From a virus (taxonomy: Duplodnaviria > Caudoviricetes), in IMG/VR virus record IMGVR_UViG_3300033067_000643, positions 1 through 56,938 of that record: 56,938 nucleotides of DNA; one strand, written 5' to 3'. How positions within the stretch are numbered: position 1 is the stretch's first letter; each line of letters begins with the position of its first letter. The notes below the pieces were generated by a model. It was given only the letters and a program-made list of their open reading frames with translations. It made no database searches and was not told where the DNA came from. Position numbers and translations under genes: made by a program. Shown piece by piece: positions 46,768-54,775 of this stretch.

Positions 46768-47226
46768 CTAGCTGAGCCCGACCGAGTTGACGTTCGACGT
46801 TACGTGCCAATTGGCAGTAGACGTGGAGATGAGCGTCAACGATTGGATCGAACTCGTGAAGGTGATCGTCGTCAAAGCGGCAGTGGTTCCACCCGTGATG
46901 GTGGCCCCAGTCGCAGTGATGACCTTGGTGACAGTGGTGGCACCATGCACCGAATTGGCAAGCGTCACTTTCAAGCCGGCGCGACTTGGAGCAGCCAGGG
47001 TATGGATACCGTTGGCCGTCGAAGTCATAACGACGATGCCGTGATTGTTGAACACGGTGGCAACGGTGGTTGCCAGTACCGTGACGGGCTCGGCAAACTG
47101 CCCACCCGATTCAATCAACAGCGAGCCGCCGCTTTCGATACTGATTGACTTTCCAGTCGGGGCGTACAGGTTTCCATCCTGTCGGATGTTCACCACGCCC
47201 TGACCGTATGTTGCGTCTGCGGTCAT
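46768..47226 (-). CDS. Thr-rich head decoration or fibre protein
   Basis: I.IESGG.L.IESG; TLAAP..G; position after the capsid gene. Confidence 0.65.
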   Translation of the reverse strand: MTADATYGQGVVNIRQDGNLYAPTGKSISIESGGSLLIESGGQFAEPVTVLATTVATVFNNHGIVVMTSTANGIHTLAAPSRAGLKVTLANSVHGATTVTKVITATGATITGGTTAALTTITFTSSIQSLTLISTSTANWHVTSNVNSVGLS

Positions 47227-47244
47227 AGGTCAAAGCTCCTGCTC

Positions 47245-47709
47245 TTAGGCGGTGGTGGGATTGACGATTTGGTAGTAGCCCGTGCCAGCAACCGTGCTCG
47301 GAGCATCGGTGGTCAGCGGAACCGGGTTCAACTTCGAGTCATAGGGGTAACCCATGATCGTGACGTTGGTCGCAGCCAAGCCGGTGTGCTTGACGCCAAC
47401 GTACTGATGGGGAACATTCTTGAGGTCCATCACCAGCACCTTGTTAGGGGCCGTGGTGGCAAGCGTGACGAGAGTAGCCGTCGAACCCGGAACGGCACAG
47501 TAGCCGCCCAAAGCCGAAGTGGTGGCCCCGCCCTGCGCTGTCATGGTGAAGCCGGTCAGCGTGGTGGCATTGACCGTGGCAACAATCAACAGGCTATCGG
47601 CCTGATAGGTTGCCAGGTTGACCGAAGCCGCGCTGGTTTGCGTGTAGCTGGTTCCAGCGACGACGTTCGCCATGAGAACCGGCGTGGTCTGTTCAGAAAG
47701 GTAAGGCAT
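47245..47709 (-). CDS. Head decoration-like protein
   Basis: Beta-rich, Thr/Ala-rich; position. Confidence 0.65.
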   Translation of the reverse strand: MPYLSEQTTPVLMANVVAGTSYTQTSAASVNLATYQADSLLIVATVNATTLTGFTMTAQGGATTSALGGYCAVPGSTATLVTLATTAPNKVLVMDLKNVPHQYVGVKHTGLAATNVTIMGYPYDSKLNPVPLTTDAPSTVAGTGYYQIVNPTTA

Positions 47710-47711
47710 GT

Positions 47712-47918
47712 CTACCGTCTCCTGTGACGTGGTTTGAATTTAAGAGCGGCGGTTTCGGTTGGTCCTACTTCCGCCGTTTCGATTTCGGTTTCTTGATAAC
47801 GCTCGGCCTGGCCGGCTTTGATGAGTCGTTCGGCTTCGTCGTGTGGCATGTCCACCACGTCGCCGTCCCACAAATCAATCCCGACACCAACCATCCCCGT
47901 GAGCATCCTGATTTTCAT
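47712..47918 (-). CDS. Small capsid-adjacent protein
   Basis: MKIRML...G......GDVVD....EA.RLI.AGQA pattern. Confidence 0.75.
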   Translation of the reverse strand: MKIRMLTGMVGVGIDLWDGDVVDMPHDEAERLIKAGQAERYQETEIETAEVGPTETAALKFKPRHRRR

Positions 47919-47927
47919 GACTCATCC

Positions 47928-49280
47928 TTAGTGGAGGAGAACCTTGACCGGGTGAGTACCCGCATCGAGCAAGTTGCCGTCGCCGCGAGCGAAGGCGACG
48001 AAGCCTTGCTGGTCGGTGTCGGCATACCGCTCTTCGAGACGGCGCAGGCGGATTTCGCCAACGTCGCGGATCTTGTATTTCGAGGCTTGCCCGAAGAGCA
48101 GAGTCTTCTTGGTGATGGCAAACGTCGAATCCATATCCTGGTTGTTGACAACCACGTTGCCGTCCAAGGTGTCGGGCACGCCAACTTGCGTACCGTTCGA
48201 CCAGAGGTAACGGCCGTTACCGTCCTTCAGCTTGCGGATGGCAGCCAGAACGCTGTCGTGGCACATGAAGATTCCGCCATTGCGATAGGCCGGGTCCACA
48301 GCGTGCTTGAGGTTGATAACGTCGTCGAAGGTGATCGACGTAGCCGCCGCAGCCGCATACGTGGTCGCCGCGGTGACGATACCGTTCGGTTGGCCGGACG
48401 AGGTGCCCGTGGTGAAGTGCTGATTCTGAATGCGACCCAAACGTTCGCCTAGCATCGAGCCCAGCGTGCTGTTCAAATCGAACGCCGAATCTTCCAGCAA
48501 TTCGTAGGGAACAAGAACCATCGCACTGGACCACTTGTAGGCCCGGAAGATGACCTGGCCGAACGTCGGGTCGGTGGTGGTGTTCTGCGCGGTGTTTTCC
48601 CCGATGAGAACGCCCTTATTGGACGTGTCGTTCGAGGTCGGCCACGGCATATCATTGCCGTCCGTGGTCCGCATCACGTCCGCCACCTGTCGCACGCCGC
48701 CGAATTGCAGCATGGCCAGTTCGAGGTTATCGACGAACCCGGTCGGGTTGAGGAAGTTTCCACGGACACCGCCCTGGGTCGAGAGCGAACGGAACTCGCG
48801 GCGGATGTTGGCGTAGGAATCACGGCGAAGCGGGATGCCCAACTCTTTCTTATGGGGGCGAATCCCGGTCAGCTCGCAAGCCCGCTGATGCTCTGGCTTA
48901 AGCTCCAGGTCCATTTGGGCACGCATCCACGCTTGAATAGCGAGGGCGCGGTGCTCTTCGCTGCTGCCTTCGTTCTTGCGGGCTTCGGCTTCCTGATGCT
49001 TGCGACCGTCGAAGTTTTCGCGGCCTGGGATTTCCTGGCGACGTTCGCCGAGCGATTCAATCGGAGCGGCTTGCTCCATGATGATTTGCTCGGCACGCTC
49101 GGCCATGCTGATACGCTTGGTGAGCAAGTCGTAATCGCGGTTCATCTTGCCCCAGTTGACCTCTTCTTCCGAAGAGAAGGAGCGTTGTTCTGCTTGAACC
49201 TTGTCGTTCAGTTCACGGATTTGGTGAGCCAGTGGCGCACGCTCTTCGCGGAGCTGCTTGGCGGTAATGAGATCGGCCAT
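47928..49280 (-). CDS. Major capsid protein, HK97 fold, with delta domain
   Basis: Coiled-coil N-terminus; VPYELLEDS; GT..GQPNGI; KLKDGNGRYLW; GFVAFARGDG. Confidence 0.97.
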   Translation of the reverse strand: MADLITAKQLREERAPLAHQIRELNDKVQAEQRSFSSEEEVNWGKMNRDYDLLTKRISMAERAEQIIMEQAAPIESLGERRQEIPGRENFDGRKHQEAEARKNEGSSEEHRALAIQAWMRAQMDLELKPEHQRACELTGIRPHKKELGIPLRRDSYANIRREFRSLSTQGGVRGNFLNPTGFVDNLELAMLQFGGVRQVADVMRTTDGNDMPWPTSNDTSNKGVLIGENTAQNTTTDPTFGQVIFRAYKWSSAMVLVPYELLEDSAFDLNSTLGSMLGERLGRIQNQHFTTGTSSGQPNGIVTAATTYAAAAATSITFDDVINLKHAVDPAYRNGGIFMCHDSVLAAIRKLKDGNGRYLWSNGTQVGVPDTLDGNVVVNNQDMDSTFAITKKTLLFGQASKYKIRDVGEIRLRRLEERYADTDQQGFVAFARGDGNLLDAGTHPVKVLLH

Positions 49281-49532
49281 CGTTCTGAGAGTCCTTCGGG
49301 GCTATGCCGCCGAGGGGACGATTGCCGCGCTGCTTAAATAGATCGCGGCGGATAACCCACCGGCGACGTGGCTTTGTGTAAGTACAAAACACGTTCACCA
49401 GCAAGCTGTCCGCCGACTTGGCAGCGTTCAGGCTTAGCTCTACGCAAGGTTTCTTGGCGTGACTTGGCGCGCCTTGAACCCGAGCGGTAATTAAGTTGTT
49501 AATGACACTCTACGAAATAAGGTCGCGTCTGT

Positions 49533-49691
49533 TCAATGGTTTTGTATCAAACTAGCGCCCGAGTATTTTCGGACGGTGTTGACCGATAGGCCAAGTTCTT
49601 TGGCGATTGCGCGTAGCGTGTCGCCGGCCGCTCGCCGTTCCTTGACTTCGAGGCGTGTTGAAATTGGAACCATTGTTCCCCTACGTGCCAT
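49533..49691 (-). CDS. Small HTH protein
   Basis: GDTLRAIAKELGLSVNTVRKY. Confidence 0.85.
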   Translation of the reverse strand: MARRGTMVPISTRLEVKERRAAGDTLRAIAKELGLSVNTVRKYSGASLIQNH

Positions 49692-49702
49692 CTGCTCCCC
49701 TC

Positions 49703-49840
49703 CTAGGTTCCGTCGATGTCGCCGTTCCACATGGCGTCGACAATCATCCGCTCTGTCTCAAGTTCTTCCCGTCGTTTCATCTCTTCCAAGAAAAGCTCGA
49801 ACTCCGGGTCGTGCTCTGACTTTTGCGATTCAGGTGCCAT
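49703..49840 (-). CDS. Small acidic hypothetical protein (45 aa)
   Basis: Hand translation MAPESQKSEHDPEFELFLEEMKRREELETERMIVDAMWNGDIDGT. Confidence 0.45.
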   Translation of the reverse strand: MAPESQKSEHDPEFELFLEEMKRREELETERMIVDAMWNGDIDGT

Positions 49841-50150
49841 CTTGCGTTACTCCCTGCGATTCCCTGAACAGCCGCAGTGCGATAATCAGATAACTAGCCC
49901 CGTCTAACATCGAATCTTCGGCCGACTCGTTAGCCAGCGTTCCCTTGACGCAGAATGCCTTTAATCGGGTTAGCTTCTCATTGGCTCGCATCAAGGCGCA
50001 GCGCCACGGCTCCACGCCCATATCGGCCGCTGCTCGCATGTTGGCGTAAGGGTCTGCGGACGTGCCGTAGTCGGCCCCCTTCTTCGCGTGCATGGCGTGC
50101 AATTCCTCTAGGATGTCGAGGAATCCGCGGTCGCCTTTAGAGCAATCCAT
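49830..50150 (-). CDS. All-alpha NTP-pyrophosphatase-like protein (DUF1599 / nucleotide modification associated domain-like)
   Basis: KKGADYG, YAN.R, R..EK..R, NESAEDS.LD.A.Y. Confidence 0.75.
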   Translation of the reverse strand: MDCSKGDRGFLDILEELHAMHAKKGADYGTSADPYANMRAAADMGVEPWRCALMRANEKLTRLKAFCVKGTLANESAEDSMLDGASYLIIALRLFRESQGVTQDGT

Positions 50151-50470
50151 CTAGATAGTCCTGATGCAAGGCCGTGATTGAGTGATAAACCGGGATGTCA
50201 ATCCCGCCCGCTAGTTCCGTTTCAATGTCGGCCCCGCTTGAATCGCCTGGCAGCCGTAGAACCACGTCGCAGACTTTGACCCACTCCAGGCACCATTCAA
50301 GCCACTCGTGGTATTCGTGTTCGTGCTGGCCGTGCCAGAAGTGCGACAGGTGGGGGATGAATGCGACATAGCCGCATGAGCTTTTCGCCGGCTGCAATAG
50401 CCGCTTCGGTGTTGGCGTCTGGGTCGCCAGAGTACGGCCCCGCCACGTAGCATTTGACGCCGTTTAACAT
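50137..50470 (-). pseudogene. DUF4406 / nucleoside-deoxyribosyltransferase-like gene, frameshifted
   Basis: N-part MLNGVKCYVAGPYSGDPDANTEAAIAAGEKLM (ATG 50470) and C-part GYVAFIPHL..CD..LRLPGDSSGADIE are in different frames; junction near 50375. Confidence 0.8.
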
Positions 50471-51564
50471 CGCTTCTTCCTCCGTGGCCGATACTTCTCT
50501 TCGGCTGATTCGTCGCAGTAGATTTCATCCACGCTCACCGGCAATGGTCGGTCGCGGTCGAAAACAACCAGCGTTTGACTCGGCTCCGAAAACTCCGCTT
50601 TGATCGACAAGGCGTAGGCGTTGTAGCCAATCAGGCAATTGCAGGCACACCAGCGGCGATGCTTCAGATGCTGATGCCAGTGCCCGAACATTTCATAGTC
50701 CGCCTTCTCGCTCTTGTTCCATTCGTTAATCGCCTTGTTGACTGGAATCGTGAGCCCGCCGACTCCGCCCTGATACTTCAGCCAATCGCCGTGGTGGAAC
50801 CGGACCCGCTTGCCTTGGATCGTTAGCCAGTTGTGGTAGCTTTGCTCCACCTTGAATTGGATGTTCTTCTCACCGCGTGCCGCGTACACGTCGGCCAGCG
50901 AGTGATACATGCCCCACTCAAAGCTGTGCTTGGCAGCCGTGGCTATTCTCGGCTTCGCGGTTGTTCGCCCGTGGTTGCCGTAGCTCGTGACTACCGTGAT
51001 CGAGTCAAAGTCGCCTTCGTTCTGCCAATGGTCAATGAGCCCGATTAATTGGAACTTCGCCCACCGGCACGCCTCGGTCGGACTTAGCGGGCTGTTCTCC
51101 GCTAGCTCTTCGTGGATGTGTCCCGTGATAATGTCGCCGCCAATCCACACCACTAGGTCACGGATGTTCGACAGCGACCGGCGCGAGTTAATCAGCCGCA
51201 AGGCATTCCGCCCCACGATGGCTAGCCGCTTCTCGGCAATCTCTAGCGAGTATTCGTTCAGCCCGTTAATGGTCAGCGGGTCGACTCGCTCCTCACCGTG
51301 CCAGTCATTCAAGGCAATCACTGCCGTCGCTTTGCCGCTAGGCTCACGATGCTTGTAAGGCGGGTGCGCTTGCCCACCGTCACCGCTGATGCCTTGCCTG
51401 AAGCCAGCCATTACCTCGGCTTCTAATAGCTCCTTTTCGGCCAGCCTTCGCCGCATCGACTCTTTAGCTAGCTTTGCGTTCAGGAAGGCAACCTGCTTGT
51501 CACGCTCGCGTTCAAGCTGACTTATTTCAGTGGCGTGCAATTCTGCCTGTATGTAATTTTTCAT
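50464..51564 (-). CDS. Calcineurin-like metallophosphoesterase
   Basis: NDWH, GGDIITG.IH, GNHGR, HHGD, GHWHQ. Confidence 0.9.
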   Translation of the reverse strand: MKNYIQAELHATEISQLERERDKQVAFLNAKLAKESMRRRLAEKELLEAEVMAGFRQGISGDGGQAHPPYKHREPSGKATAVIALNDWHGEERVDPLTINGLNEYSLEIAEKRLAIVGRNALRLINSRRSLSNIRDLVVWIGGDIITGHIHEELAENSPLSPTEACRWAKFQLIGLIDHWQNEGDFDSITVVTSYGNHGRTTAKPRIATAAKHSFEWGMYHSLADVYAARGEKNIQFKVEQSYHNWLTIQGKRVRFHHGDWLKYQGGVGGLTIPVNKAINEWNKSEKADYEMFGHWHQHLKHRRWCACNCLIGYNAYALSIKAEFSEPSQTLVVFDRDRPLPVSVDEIYCDESAEEKYRPRRKKRC

Positions 51565-51784
51565 CGAGCCACGCTGTCAGGGTGTCTTTGCCGATTAAGA
51601 TTCCGTTCTTACGGGCCAGCTCATGGATCGTAGACTTGGGGTAAGTGCATTTACCCTCTTGCCTCAGTTGTCGGATGAGCAGCATCTTTTCGCGGGCCTC
51701 TGGCGTTGCCTTGTCCAGCCAGCTTTTTTTGGCGGGTGCTAGAGCCTTCAGCTCGGCTAGTACGTCAATCTTTTCCTTCGCCAT
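51527..51784 (-). CDS. Small helical protein
   Basis: AAAAGGA RBS; MAKEKIDV start. Confidence 0.6.
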   Translation of the reverse strand: MAKEKIDVLAELKALAPAKKSWLDKATPEAREKMLLIRQLRQEGKCTYPKSTIHELARKNGILIGKDTLTAWLDEKLHTGRIARH

Positions 51785-52049
51785 CAGTGATCCTTTTCCA
51801 AATCTGTTTGTGCCGCAGAATGCGAGCGACATCGCTGGCAAACTCGGTCACGAACTCTTCGTCTAGGTGCCAGTTGGCAGCGTGCAGAACCTCATGGATA
51901 ACCACCTCAAGCAACGCCTCTCCGCGTAGTCCCTGCTCTACTCGTATTTGCTTTTCTGGTGACTCAGGATGCCCGCACGTGCCGCGATTCTTTCCCAAAT
52001 TGGGAACAAATCGGAACGTCCAGTATTTCCCCAGAATGCGAATACGCAC
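51765..52049 (-). CDS. Minimal zincin-like HExxH protein
   Basis: G.C....K.I.V; VIHEVLHAA; EE.V. Confidence 0.75.
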   Translation of the reverse strand: MRIRILGKYWTFRFVPNLGKNRGTCGHPESPEKQIRVEQGLRGEALLEVVIHEVLHAANWHLDEEFVTEFASDVARILRHKQIWKRITDGEGKD

Positions 52050-52059
52050 ACGCTAGACC

Positions 52060-52293
52060 CTACAGAATAGGTTCGATGGGTTGATCGTCTGCGTCGGTGT
52101 CGTCGAATCCGTCATCATCTGGGATGCCTTGCATCTGCTCTTCCCACAGTCGCCTAAACTCTTCGATGAACTCGTCTAACGACAGGTCGTCTCTGCGGGT
52201 GATATACTGAATCCCAGCAAACCATCCGATAGAGAACGGAGTGGCTTCTTTCCATTTGCCAGCGCCGGCTTCAACAAGAATTCGGACGGCCAT
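52060..52293 (-). CDS. Acidic hypothetical protein
   Basis: ORF directly after the protease. Confidence 0.55.
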   Translation of the reverse strand: MAVRILVEAGAGKWKEATPFSIGWFAGIQYITRRDDLSLDEFIEEFRRLWEEQMQGIPDDDGFDDTDADDQPIEPIL

Positions 52294-52296
52294 TCA

Positions 52297-52980
52297 TCAC
52301 GCCTCCAGTTCAGCGGCCCGCTTGGCATAGCCCGCCAAACGCTCTTTGATTTCTTCAGGCGATAGCGTGGCCACGTCTTCGGCTCGCTCTTCGGAATGCT
52401 CCACGGGAACTTGTGAGGCTTTCCAGGCGTCATAGCTGGTGCGAGCTTCCACGATGTCACCGGCCGCACGAACGCCCGTTGTGCTCCCCGTATAAGCCGG
52501 GAACACGACTGGGCCAACGTCCAGCAATCGCCCCACCTCTTCGATGGTGCGCACTTCTCCGGTTGGCGTCTTGTCCCAGCGTTCCTTGGCGACCGTGAAG
52601 GAAAATGAACTGCCGTTCAAGTTGCCCTTGCGGATGTTGTAGAGCACATCGCGCGAAGCCTGCGTGTCTTCCGCTGGGATGGTGTACCGCAGCCCTTTTG
52701 AGAAAACTTCCAGCTTGAGCGTACCGGCCGAACGTCGCCCCAAGAGCTGATTCGGGTCGTGATTAAATAATGCGGCCACGTCTTCACCATCCGACAGCAC
52801 GCGGTCGAAGGCTTTCGGGTCGATGCGTTCCGTGACCCCTTCCCAAAGTTCGTATTCGGTGCCGCGGCTGCCGTCGTAGAACACTGAGGCATAGCCTGTA
52901 ATTTTGGAAGGTTCGCCCGCTCGCTCTTCGACTGCGACCGCGTTATCCGTGGCGACAAATCGCCGTTCAACTGTGCTCAT
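52297..52980 (-). CDS. HK97-family prohead protease
   Basis: GYASVF, LFNHD, GSSFSF, VGPVVFPAY. Confidence 0.96.
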   Translation of the reverse strand: MSTVERRFVATDNAVAVEERAGEPSKITGYASVFYDGSRGTEYELWEGVTERIDPKAFDRVLSDGEDVAALFNHDPNQLLGRRSAGTLKLEVFSKGLRYTIPAEDTQASRDVLYNIRKGNLNGSSFSFTVAKERWDKTPTGEVRTIEEVGRLLDVGPVVFPAYTGSTTGVRAAGDIVEARTSYDAWKASQVPVEHSEERAEDVATLSPEEIKERLAGYAKRAAELEA

Positions 52981-54674
52981 GATTGGTCCTCGTTTTGAAT
53001 CGTGAATAGTTGGCCGACCAGTTTCTCAACCGATGGCCCCGTGAATCGTGTCGCCCATTCGTTGACTGCGCCTTCAAGACCTGAATAGGTGGCCTTATCT
53101 GCAAGCTCTCCTAGGTCGCGTGAGGCGATGCCTAGCAGTCGTTCGGCTAGCTTGTCTGGGCTAGCTTGCACGCCGCAGACAGCCCTACAGGCTCGCAAAT
53201 GCGGGGTGAATTCTTCTACCAGAACCGCGGAATGGTCGTCGCTAATGCCGTCAATCCAATCGACGAATCCGTCGCGCTTCTTGCCGGCTCTAACGGCACT
53301 CTTGGCAATACGATCCGCCATGCGTCGGCAGGAATGCGTCAACAGTTCTCGCATCTCGGCACGCGCGGAACTGGTATCCGTAGAGGTGTCGCCATCTTGC
53401 GTGTCTTCTTGCGGGCTATCTTGTGGTTGATGTGCCGGTGTTGGCGGTGGGCCATTGCCAGACGGGCCATAGAGCACATCCCCTTCTTCTCCCGGACGGT
53501 CGTTCATTCCCTCCGAGCGTCGAGCTTCGTCTACCGTCATCCACGGACCACCAACGGCCAGTGACAGGTATTGACCCTTGGCCGTGATGTCAGCCCGCAG
53601 CAATTGCTTGCGGTCGAACAGAATCTCATGGCTATCGTTTTCTTTTTCTTTCTCGGTGAGCACCTTGTCCCAAAGCTCTTGCTCCCAATCGACCAGCCGC
53701 CAGTCCAAGCAGTCATCAAGGAAGGACTGGTTCTCTTGTTCGAGCGAGTTGTAGGCCGTGCGGCTGCCGTCGCCGAGCTTGTGGGGTGGAAGTCCGAGAA
53801 TGTTCGCCGCTTCGATGATGCTGAACTTCTTTTGCTCGATAAGCTGGGCGTCATTCGACGTAGCGGTGAGCACGTTAGCCTTGGCACCGTTGGTGAGAAC
53901 TCCGGTCTTATGTGCGTTCTCAACCCCCTGATGTATCTTGTTCCAGCCCTTGGCCAGTGCCTCGACCTTGGCCGGGTCTTTCATCGCTTCGGGGACTTCG
54001 ATGACGATTGCCGGGATGGCGTTGTTGCGGAAGTATCTCCCGCCATATTCGATGGTCGCAATGCCCGCCCCGATGGAATCATTGCCGACTTGCCACAGAG
54101 GAAGACCTACCAGCCCATTTCGGCTTAGCGCCTTGATGTGAATGACATCCGTGCGGCTCATGAATTGAGGCGAGCCGTCGGCCTTGTAGGTGACGTAGAA
54201 CAGTTGGCCATTGAACCGCACCGGGTGCGTCTGCGTCGGGTCGAGCAACACGAACTCGATGATGGCTGCTGAATTATCGCGACGGCAGAACGTGTACCCG
54301 TTCCCCTCCATGATGCGATGCGCTTCCATCGTCTTCTTCCAGGTGAGCGCCGACATTTCGGCACTCGGACGATTAAGCAACTTAAAATAGGTGGGGTGCG
54401 TCGTGTCTTGTTCGGTTCCGCCTTCGACCTTGCGGAGCCGATGCAAGGGGAGCTTGCCGACCGTGCTCGATAGCAGGTCGATACCGCGGAGAACCGGGTG
54501 GAACCCTAGCGCCCGTTCTGCCGTGACACGAACACCAGCCGAACCGCGCGAGTGGTAGTTGAGTCCGTTCCAGCTCGCGTCATAGTCCGGGTCCAGCGGC
54601 GTGCTCGGATTCTCCAAAGAGCTGCGCCCGACGAACCAGCGAGCGGTTGAAATGATGGCGTCTTTTACGTTCAC
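52977..54674 (-). CDS. Portal protein, HK97 family
   Basis: KLPL, GNGY, DVIHIK, YFRNNA.P, DAQLIE, LPPHKLG, EAR..EG. Confidence 0.96.
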   Translation of the reverse strand: MNVKDAIISTARWFVGRSSLENPSTPLDPDYDASWNGLNYHSRGSAGVRVTAERALGFHPVLRGIDLLSSTVGKLPLHRLRKVEGGTEQDTTHPTYFKLLNRPSAEMSALTWKKTMEAHRIMEGNGYTFCRRDNSAAIIEFVLLDPTQTHPVRFNGQLFYVTYKADGSPQFMSRTDVIHIKALSRNGLVGLPLWQVGNDSIGAGIATIEYGGRYFRNNAIPAIVIEVPEAMKDPAKVEALAKGWNKIHQGVENAHKTGVLTNGAKANVLTATSNDAQLIEQKKFSIIEAANILGLPPHKLGDGSRTAYNSLEQENQSFLDDCLDWRLVDWEQELWDKVLTEKEKENDSHEILFDRKQLLRADITAKGQYLSLAVGGPWMTVDEARRSEGMNDRPGEEGDVLYGPSGNGPPPTPAHQPQDSPQEDTQDGDTSTDTSSARAEMRELLTHSCRRMADRIAKSAVRAGKKRDGFVDWIDGISDDHSAVLVEEFTPHLRACRAVCGVQASPDKLAERLLGIASRDLGELADKATYSGLEGAVNEWATRFTGPSVEKLVGQLFTIQNEDQS

Positions 54675-54708
54675 TGATTGGCCCCTTGGTTGGCGGTGTG
54701 TCCCGTCG

Positions 54709-54774
54709 TCAGATCAGGAAAAATTCCGCGTCCGTGCTCTGAACTGGCTTAGTAACCCCGCGTCCCACTGCCCC
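54709..54774 (-). pseudogene. Relic second copy of the terL C-terminus
   Basis: Encodes GAVGRGVTKPVQSTDAEFFLI*, versus terL ...VADAEFFLI*, with different codons. Confidence 0.75.
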
Positions 54775-54775
54775 G

